NCBI GenBank assembly: GCA_048941285.1
Contig: JBHLNS010000065.1
Coordinates: forward strand, 1 to 12,372
Direction: 5' to 3'
DNA from: Promethearchaeota archaeon
GTDB lineage: Archaea; Asgardarchaeota; Lokiarchaeia; Sigyniarchaeales; SOKP01
DNA: 12,372 nucleotides
Made by a program: the position numbers and the translations under genes. The stretch's first letter is position 1. Every line of letters begins with the position of its first letter. The notes below the pieces were generated by a model. That model was given only the letters and a program-made list of their open reading frames with translations, was not told the DNA's origin and made no database searches. Shown piece by piece: positions 1 to 5,854 of this stretch.

Positions 1-455
1 AAGGTTTAGAAGCTGTAGATAAAGCACTTGAATTGAGTCCCCTAAATACTAATATTCTCAACAACAAGGCCATAATCTTAGGATATTTAGGGAGAAAAGA
101 AGAAGCTATTGAAACTGCTGAAAAATTGATAAGTCTTAGCCCTAATCATGGTAATTCTTATGATACATATGGTGAGATATTAATAGCTTCAGGAGAATAC
201 GAAAACGCTCTTGAAAAGTTAAATAAAGCTTTGAGTATTGAACCTACTGGCTGGTTTGCCTTCGAAACATGCCTTAAAATTGGAAAATGCTATAAGCAAC
301 TTGGAGAGTATGAAACCGCTTTCGAATATTATGAAAAAGGTAAGAAATTAATTGAAAAGATGAATCCAAATGAAAGACTGGATCATCTACAAAGAGCTGA
401 GAAATTGATTTCTGAAATAAAGGTATTAATGGAGAAATCGAATAATAGTGAATAA
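1..455 (+). CDS. TPR-repeat protein, C-terminal part (5'-truncated by window edge)
   Basis: The frame is open from nt 3 (GLEAVDKALELSPLNTN...), so the start at 33 is not the true start. TPR consensus motifs: 'GRKEEAIETAEKLISLSPN', 'GEYENALEKLNKALSIEP', 'GKCYKQLGEYETAFEYYEKG'. Paralogous to the C-terminus of 5855..8374. Confidence 0.9.
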   Translation, partial: GLEAVDKALELSPLNTNILNNKAIILGYLGRKEEAIETAEKLISLSPNHGNSYDTYGEILIASGEYENALEKLNKALSIEPTGWFAFETCLKIGKCYKQLGEYETAFEYYEKGKKLIEKMNPNERLDHLQRAEKLISEIKVLMEKSNNSE

Positions 456-464
456 AACAAAGAT

Positions 465-1136
465 GTGTTTTATATGAATTATAGATTTGTAAAAGCGTTC
501 GAGTTTAATTTTAATTTTGGAACTCTTTTATCAGTTGATTTTAGTTCATATAGTGAAAATTCCGATTTAATAAATCTAACTGAAGAAATTTTTTATGAAA
601 TTAGAGATTGCATTAATCTACGAGGAATGCCTAGTTTAATTTGGTTTAAAGGGATAAGTGATTCGATAAACCATTCAAATTTTAAATTAATTACTAAAAT
701 GATTAGAACGGTCTATCCAAATCAAAAAATTGGTGTTTATTTAAATTGTGGAATTTTTCAAAATAAGGAAGCTCGAAATATCTTTAATGATTGTGATTTA
801 GTCGCTATTAATCTCAATACCGTCGATAATTTTCATTTTTCAAAGATAAATAAATGCCCTGAATCCATAGACCCAAAGGAAATTTTATTTGGTATTTTAA
901 AGTTCAGTAAAAAATTTAAGGGAAAACTCGGGATTTATACAATGTTTTTGAAAGGAATAAATGATACGATTCGAAATGTGGAAAAATTAAAGGAATTTCT
1001 ATTAGATGTCATACCAGATCATTATTCTGTCAGTAATTATACCTTAGATGGTTTTGAGCCAATCTCAGAAGAGTTTAAAGAAGTTTTAAGAGATAAATTG
1101 AATGATCTTCCTTTCAAAGTAATATATATGTTTTAA
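465..1136 (+). CDS. Degenerate radical-SAM-like protein (COG0731 Fe-S oxidoreductase-like) lacking CxxxCxxC
   Basis: Segments 'FGTLLSVDF', 'IWFKGISD', 'IGVYLNCGIF', 'DLVAINLNTV..FSKINK' and 'FKGKLGIYTMFLKGINDT' follow the motif order I recall for COG0731 (LGRSLGID..ITFSGxGEPTL..VAVLTNGSLL..ADLVxxSLDA..FxKINRP..FKGxLWIEVMLVKGINDS). No Cys triad is present. The ATG at 474 is a plausible start. Confidence 0.7.
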   Translation: MFYMNYRFVKAFEFNFNFGTLLSVDFSSYSENSDLINLTEEIFYEIRDCINLRGMPSLIWFKGISDSINHSNFKLITKMIRTVYPNQKIGVYLNCGIFQNKEARNIFNDCDLVAINLNTVDNFHFSKINKCPESIDPKEILFGILKFSKKFKGKLGIYTMFLKGINDTIRNVEKLKEFLLDVIPDHYSVSNYTLDGFEPISEEFKEVLRDKLNDLPFKVIYMF

Positions 1137-1166
1137 ACAATTATATCTGCTGTCATTTTTAAATTT

Positions 1167-1631
1167 TTAACAGGGCTCAAATTTAAAACCACAACATTCA
1201 CAAAGATTCTCAAGATTATCAATATATTTTAACATTGAATTATGCCATTTTTCTAATATTTCCTTAAATGTGATTTTTATTGAGCTAATATCTTTTGCAT
1301 TATAAACATAAAGATATCCTTTTCTCTTGATACCAGGTTTTCCTTTTGTTTTAGAATGTTCTTTCATAGATATAGATTCACGCTTAATAAGATTTAGTTC
1401 AGATAATTCTTGAACAGCTCTTTGAATTGAACTTCTATCCATCTTTAGATTATGTGCAATTTCAGATGTACTTACATTTTTATTTCTTAAAATAAATCCA
1501 AATACCTGTGATTCAGTTTTATTCAGGCCTAAAATACATTTGAATAATCGAGCACTAGAAAAGATTTTTTTATTTTCTAATATCTCATCTATGATTTCGA
1601 ATTCTTTTAATTGGCTTCCAATTACTTCCAT
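1167..1631 (-). CDS. TrmB/COG3355-like wHTH transcriptional regulator with Cys-rich C-terminus
   Basis: 'FKCILGLNKTESQVF...STSEIAHNLKMDRSSIQRAVQELSELNLIKR...GYLYVY' has the archaeal wHTH pattern. The protein ends in LCECCGFKFEPC. Confidence 0.85.
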   Translation of the reverse strand: MEVIGSQLKEFEIIDEILENKKIFSSARLFKCILGLNKTESQVFGFILRNKNVSTSEIAHNLKMDRSSIQRAVQELSELNLIKRESISMKEHSKTKGKPGIKRKGYLYVYNAKDISSIKITFKEILEKWHNSMLKYIDNLENLCECCGFKFEPC

Positions 1632-1667
1632 TGGTAATCATCTTAATAATTTAAAAAAGAAATTAAT

Positions 1668-1679
1668 AAAAAAGGGGTA
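1668..1679 (-). terminator. Putative oligo-U terminator TACCCCTTTTTT after thioredoxin
   Basis: Starts 5 nt after the stop codon. An identical 12-mer lies at 2221..2232 after the upstream gene. Confidence 0.5.
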
Positions 1680-1684
1680 TTTGT

Positions 1685-2101
1685 TTAATTTTCTGACTGT
1701 TTTAGTTTTATGAGAACTTCCTTCATCCCTTCATAATTCATTGCTCCAACCACTTGATTTTGCGCTACTTTATTTTTTATAAATAAAGTTGTTGGGATTC
1801 CAGTTATACCATACTTCATCGCTAAGGCATTGTTTTCATCAACATTTACTTTAACAAAGATGAAATCTTTTTGAAATTCCCCGTGAAGTTTCTTAAAAAT
1901 AGGAGCAAAAAACATGCAAGGTCCACACCAAACAGCCCAAAAATCTACAATAATAGTTTTATCAGGGTAATCTTCTAATAATTTATTAAATTCTTCTGAC
2001 GAATGGATCTCTACAATACTTTCGGGCATTTTTTGATGTTTTAATAAAGCTTCGGCTTTCTTCATTCTCAAATTTTCTAACTCATCATCTGCTTTCTGCA
2101 T
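1685..2101 (-). CDS. trxA: Thioredoxin
   Basis: Canonical 'VDFWAVWCGPC' active site, 'FVKVNVDEN' and cis-Pro loop 'GIPT'. The N-terminal 'DDELENLRMKK' helix is typical of archaeal thioredoxins. Confidence 0.96.
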   Translation of the reverse strand: MQKADDELENLRMKKAEALLKHQKMPESIVEIHSSEEFNKLLEDYPDKTIIVDFWAVWCGPCMFFAPIFKKLHGEFQKDFIFVKVNVDENNALAMKYGITGIPTTLFIKNKVAQNQVVGAMNYEGMKEVLIKLKQSEN

Positions 2102-2126
2102 TTATTGTACACTTTTAAGTTTTTTA

Positions 2127-2207
2127 AGTTGTGATTTTTTTTTTCACTACTTTAATAAATTGAAGATCTTATTTAAAGGTAATTATAGTGTAAAAAATAT
2201 CACAACT
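2127..2207 (-). promoter_or_regulatory. Putative trxA promoter: TATA box flanked by inverted operator-like boxes
   Basis: Minus-strand TTTAAATA at 2170..2177 lies between AGTTGTGAT-T9-CACTA (2127..2149) and its near-inverse TAGTG-TAAAAAAT-ATCACAACT (2186..2207). Confidence 0.5.
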
Positions 2208-2220
2208 AATTTTTTTAGAG

Positions 2221-2232
2221 AAAAAAGGGGTA
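2221..2232 (-). terminator. Putative oligo-U terminator TACCCCTTTTTT after the 316-aa gene
   Basis: Starts 7 nt after the stop codon. Identical to 1668..1679. Confidence 0.5.
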
Positions 2233-2239
2233 GTTAATA

Positions 2240-3190
2240 TTAATATGATAATTTTGCAGTATTGTTTTCTTCTTCTAAAGCTTTAATTTGCTTTAAGCGT
2301 GATTCTTTTCTTCGAGAGGATACCATAATCTGAAAATCTAAATCTTTCTTGAATATATCAGCACTTCTTACAAGTTCCTTAACAATATTTTCCTTGAAAA
2401 TGTCCTCTTTAAGATTAGTACCTTTAAAAATTGGAATTTCTGAATGTTTTTCAATCAAATCTACTAATAACTCTACCGGCAGAACATCAGATCTATCTTT
2501 AATTGCAACATTAATCATTTCTTCAAGTTTCTTATACATTTCCCTCTTACTAAACTGACAGCCTATACATTTAGAAGTTCGATTCTTCAAGATTTTTAAA
2601 ATTATTAATCCAATAATAAATTTGAAATTTCTTATTAATAATTTTTTATCTCCATGACCGTAATCATTTATGTATTTTTGGATGAATTTTTCAGCCTCAG
2701 AGTATAAACTCGAAAATTTCGTTGCTCTATTGAAGTATGCGGGGACGGTACAAAACATTCTTGTAAACCAAAAAGGTCTAATATCTATAGGTGGATCCTC
2801 ATAAAAGATATAATATGCTACTCTACCATCTCTTTCGGTATAGAGAGTTGATTCCTTCTTTAGCATATTTAAATATGTTGAAGTAGTAGATCGCGCAATT
2901 TCCCTAAAATATCTTTTATATTCCTGTTCTACTTCCCCAGTAGTTACTTTATTTTTTCCTTCTAAATAGAATTTTAAAATTATCCCTAAGATGCGATTTT
3001 CATGAAGACGTCCTGTTTTTATCTGTTGTTCTTCTGATTCATCTTCTCTTATATGATATAAAAATGCGATTTCTGGGGCATATTCTTGGACAACTTTATC
3101 AATTAATACAAATTCAGATTCGGATATTACAAGACCTTCTAACTTCGAGCCCTCTGTTAAAATTTTTTCGATTTCTGGTTTTTCAGACAC
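2240..3190 (-). CDS. Uncharacterised protein with N-terminal wHTH (putative regulator) and a CxxC
   Basis: 'ILGIILKFY...VTTGEVEQEYKRYFREIARSTTSTYLNMLKKESTLYTERDGRVAYY' has a helix-turn-helix plus wing pattern. The C-terminal region is helical and contains CIGC. Confidence 0.7.
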   Translation of the reverse strand: MSEKPEIEKILTEGSKLEGLVISESEFVLIDKVVQEYAPEIAFLYHIREDESEEQQIKTGRLHENRILGIILKFYLEGKNKVTTGEVEQEYKRYFREIARSTTSTYLNMLKKESTLYTERDGRVAYYIFYEDPPIDIRPFWFTRMFCTVPAYFNRATKFSSLYSEAEKFIQKYINDYGHGDKKLLIRNFKFIIGLIILKILKNRTSKCIGCQFSKREMYKKLEEMINVAIKDRSDVLPVELLVDLIEKHSEIPIFKGTNLKEDIFKENIVKELVRSADIFKKDLDFQIMVSSRRKESRLKQIKALEEENNTAKLSY

Positions 3191-3226
3191 ATTAAACCAC
3201 TCTTTTAATTGACATAAATAAAATTA

Positions 3227-3270
3227 TAAGATAATAGGCTGTATCCATTCAATGCAGGAGCCTATTCTTA
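3227..3270. other. Stem-loop in the leader of the 316-aa gene
   Basis: Perfect 8-bp arms AATAGGCT (3233..3240) / AGCCTATT (3259..3266), extendable by TAAG/CTTA across a 2-nt bulge. U-rich sequence follows on the minus strand. Confidence 0.5.
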
Positions 3271-3350
3271 GAAGATTCCAATTATGTACCCAAAATACTT
3301 ATTTTTTATTTTTATTAGAATTACACATCATATATAGACTATTGATTCGG

Positions 3351-3382
3351 ACTTCATATGAAGTTCATACTTTATTATGAAC
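3351..3382. promoter_or_regulatory. Two adjacent palindromes (operator candidates)
   Basis: Perfect 14-bp palindrome ACTTCATATGAAGT (3351..3364) and GTTCATA-N6-TATGAAC (3363..3382), next to TATATA at 3331..3336. Confidence 0.5.
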
Positions 3383-3443
3383 CGTAGAGATAGAAAAAAC
3401 AATAGTAAAAAGAATAAAAAATAAGAAATTTATAAAAAAATAC

Positions 3444-4757
3444 TTATTCTATCGGCTCAATAACTTGAATTACTTCAGTAGGCTCTGTGATTTGTTCTTC
3501 TTCAACAACTTCTTCTGCTTCCTGTATAATTTCTCTTTCAATAACTTCAAGTTGTCTTATCTTAGTGAAAAACCAAATCATAAAGGGTGCTATTATTCCA
3601 AGAATTGCAGCGATTAGAAATAACGTACGAATTCCTAATAATAATGCTAATGGACCTGATATAAGTGCTCCTATTGGAGTAATCGCCATAGATATCATAT
3701 GATCAATAGACATTATTCTCCCAATTTTATCTTTCGTAACTACTGTCTGTAGTATCGCTAAATATGTAGAAACTGTAATTGGAAAGAGTACCCACGCAGG
3801 AAATAAAGAAATCAGCATAAATATAAAATTGCCTTGGGGTGCAAAAATTGCAGGGATCTGACAAACAAAAGTAAGCGCCCCTCCAATTATATTTATTTTA
3901 ATTTTATGTCTCCACGTTTTCTTCAATGAGGTTATAAGAGATCCGATTATATTTGCAACTTGAGAACCGGTCATTATTAATGCAAGACTAAATGCAGTAC
4001 CTCCATGAGTATCGGAAATAAAATTTGGGAGCAAAACTTGCCAAGGTCTGCTAATAAAATTCCAAACCATTGCAAATGAGATCATAGCAAATAATCCAGG
4101 AATCATTTTGATTGTTAGTAAACCCGTTTTGAAATCCTTATACATTGACCTTTTTACATTTTCTTCTGTCGTTTGGGATATTTTAGGGATTTTGATAATT
4201 AACAATGGAACCATCGCTAGAAAGAAAGTTATAATATCAAGTAGAAAAATCTGTTCTGTCTGTGGGAAGATTGCCATAAGACCCGCCGCAATCATAGGTC
4301 CCATAGAAAAAATTACTCCAGAACTCAAAAAATTAATTCCATTTACTCTGCTCAAACTTTTTTGCGGTATCATTACCGGTACTAGAGACTGGACTGCAGG
4401 CAATTGAAAAGCAAATAATGCAGCTCTAAATGTATTTATTGCGAGAACAAAAACAATATTTTGAAGATCTAAAAGAAAAAGCACAAACAGAAAAAGAGTT
4501 ACTGCGGCTTGCAGAGAATCAGATATTGCAATTATTATTTTTTTATTCCATCGATCAGAAATTACACCTGAGAAGGGAGTGACTATGATTTGAGGTATAA
4601 ACATCAAGAACACTGAAATTGAAAGATAAATCACATTATCGGCCATCCACCAGGTTATAACAAAACCAACTATCATTGAACCTAACATTGAGAACTGTTG
4701 TCCAATTAAGAAATACATGTAGTGCCAATATGATTTTTTCGTAGTTTGCTCTTCCAT
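3444..4757 (-). CDS. MFS transporter, MefA/DHA3-like efflux family
   Basis: About 12 hydrophobic helices, 'GQQFSMLGSMIVGFVITWW', MFS motif A 'GVISDRWNKK', 'FQLPAVQSLVP', 'LSRVNG' and 'IGRIMS'. Acidic C-terminal tail. AGGT RBS upstream. Confidence 0.93.
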   Translation of the reverse strand: MEEQTTKKSYWHYMYFLIGQQFSMLGSMIVGFVITWWMADNVIYLSISVFLMFIPQIIVTPFSGVISDRWNKKIIIAISDSLQAAVTLFLFVLFLLDLQNIVFVLAINTFRAALFAFQLPAVQSLVPVMIPQKSLSRVNGINFLSSGVIFSMGPMIAAGLMAIFPQTEQIFLLDIITFFLAMVPLLIIKIPKISQTTEENVKRSMYKDFKTGLLTIKMIPGLFAMISFAMVWNFISRPWQVLLPNFISDTHGGTAFSLALIMTGSQVANIIGSLITSLKKTWRHKIKINIIGGALTFVCQIPAIFAPQGNFIFMLISLFPAWVLFPITVSTYLAILQTVVTKDKIGRIMSIDHMISMAITPIGALISGPLALLLGIRTLFLIAAILGIIAPFMIWFFTKIRQLEVIEREIIQEAEEVVEEEQITEPTEVIQVIEPIE

Positions 4758-4822
4758 AATTGATTACCTATTTAATTGTTTTTCTTTTTAATTACTCATT
4801 AATTACCTTTTTTATTTATAGA

Positions 4823-5029
4823 TTAAGAACATGAACTTTTATTGAAGTTTAAATCTAAAATTGAACTAGTTCTTTCCTGACGTTCCTCTTCATTGATTAT
4901 CGACTTATTACCTTTTGAAATTAATTCACATCCAGGACAAGAGACAATTTCATTATCAATTATAATATATACACAATTACATTCAGGACAATGAAGGTTT
5001 CCGATATTTTCATTATATTTTAAAACCAT
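4823..5029 (-). CDS. Small zinc-ribbon protein
   Basis: Two CxxC knuckles, HCPEC and SCPGC, separated by a beta-hairpin-like 'VYIIIDNEIV'. AGGT lies upstream of the ATG. Confidence 0.75.
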   Translation of the reverse strand: MVLKYNENIGNLHCPECNCVYIIIDNEIVSCPGCELISKGNKSIINEEERQERTSSILDLNFNKSSCS

Positions 5030-5059
5030 TATTTTTTAACCTTTTTTTGTGAAAAATTA

Positions 5060-5082
5060 TGGGCGAGTCAGAGTCTCGCCCA
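5060..5082 (-). terminator. GC-rich hairpin, terminator-like
   Basis: TGGGCGAG-tcagagt-CTCGCCCA is a perfect 8-bp stem in very AT-rich DNA, followed by TAATTTTT on the minus strand. Confidence 0.55.
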
Positions 5083-5172
5083 AACTCGTATGTACAAATT
5101 CCAACATGGAAATGGAAAACAATTTCTTTTTAGTGATCAAATAATCATAAGCGTGATTTTATTCTAATAATT

Positions 5173-5256
5173 TTAACTTTGTTTCTTTTGTAACAATTTT
5201 GACTTGCGATAGTTTTTTACCGCATAATAAACATAACAAACGGGTCCTTTTTTCAT
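5173..5256 (-). CDS. Putative 27-aa micropeptide MKKGPVCYVYYAVKNYRKSKLLQKKQS
   Basis: Read by hand. ATG at 5256 is preceded by GAGGT-AAAAAT, a well-spaced RBS. Below the ORF-track size cutoff. Confidence 0.45.
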   Translation of the reverse strand: MKKGPVCYVYYAVKNYRKSKLLQKKQS

Positions 5257-5305
5257 ATTTTTTACCTCTAAACTTTCTGTAAATATAAAAATTTAAAAAA
5301 AAATT

Positions 5306-5368
5306 TTAAATATTGAGCATTTTTGTACCATTTCGAATTATAATCAATTTTTCTTGATTTCTTTTCAT
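5306..5368 (-). CDS. Putative 20-aa micropeptide MKRNQEKLIIIRNGTKMLNI
   Basis: Read by hand. Its ATG follows the same 22-bp RBS-containing leader as the 84-aa ORF. Confidence 0.5.
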   Translation of the reverse strand: MKRNQEKLIIIRNGTKMLNI

Positions 5369-5377
5369 TTTTTTTTC

Positions 5378-5695
5378 CCTCTTTTTTCTTTTCAATTTTC
5401 TATTATTTTTTTATATGTTATATACTGAATAATTTTTGTAAACTAAATTCTGTTTAATCCGATCAATATGGACTAATTCGCTATTATAGTTTGCATTATT
5501 TCGTATCTTAGATTTTGAAAACTCTCTATAAAGTTTTCCTGCATTCACTGGCTCTCTTTGCATAATATAAAAGTCCTTATTAGCTTCAATAAGGCAATCT
5601 TTAATAACCTGTTCAACATCAACACAATTTTTTCTTACATCCTTATTTGTTGTTGCTTGAGCCATTTTTTTATCCTCTTTTTTCTTTTCAATTTT
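5378..5695 (-). repeat. Exact 22-bp direct repeat (5378..5399 and 5674..5695) forming duplicated translation-initiation regions
   Basis: Minus-strand AAAATTGAAAAGAAAAAAGAGG occurs twice, 9 and 8 nt before an ATG. Confidence 0.85.
5411..5665 (-). CDS. Hypothetical protein, 84 aa
   Basis: ATG with GAGG RBS. Plausible composition. No family recognised. Confidence 0.7.
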   Translation of the reverse strand: MAQATTNKDVRKNCVDVEQVIKDCLIEANKDFYIMQREPVNAGKLYREFSKSKIRNNANYNSELVHIDRIKQNLVYKNYSVYNI

Positions 5696-5734
5696 TTTTA
5701 TTTTTCTTATGGATAATGAGTTTGTACTCCAATT

Positions 5735-5838
5735 TATAGTTTTATACTATATAGTTCAATAATAGTTCGTAGTTCAGATGTAGTACATGTGACAAACTGA
5801 ACCCGAAACTTTTAAATAAGAGTTGTTACTATATATTA
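5735..5838. promoter_or_regulatory. Divergent promoter region with iterated TAGTT(C) motifs and TATA boxes
   Basis: TAGTT at 5737; TAGTTC at 5752, 5763 and 5770; TAGTAC at 5781; palindrome ACTATATAGT at 5746..5755; TTTAAATA at 5811..5818 preceded by BRE-like CGAAA; TATATATTA at 5830..5838. Confidence 0.5.
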
Positions 5839-5854
5839 ATTAGAAGACTTTAGT

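Noticed and set aside
2349-4407. Plus-strand ORFs 2349..2558, 3487..3702 and 4108..4407
   Set aside because: They lie antisense within well-supported genes and have the Ile/Ser/Leu-rich composition of shadow frames.
3444-4757. Calling the MFS a macrolide-resistance gene (mefA)
   Set aside because: Only family-level resemblance; the substrate cannot be inferred from sequence.
1685-5160. Selenoprotein/SECIS interpretation of thioredoxin and the hairpins
   Set aside because: Thioredoxin has plain CGPC, I noticed no in-frame TGA read-through candidate, and the hairpins lack a convincing SECIS core.
5159-5239. Alternative minus frame LLCLLCGKKLSQVKIVTKETKLKLLE, possibly reached by frameshifting
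   Set aside because: It has only one CxxC and no ATG. The AAAAAAG run is not phased as a canonical -1 slippery site relative to ATG 5256. A homopolymer error cannot be fully excluded.
465-5665. Radical-SAM RiPP cluster (rSAM + peptides + exporter)
   Set aside because: The rSAM-like protein lacks the cluster-binding Cys triad and any SPASM/RRE region, and it is 4 kb away on the opposite strand.
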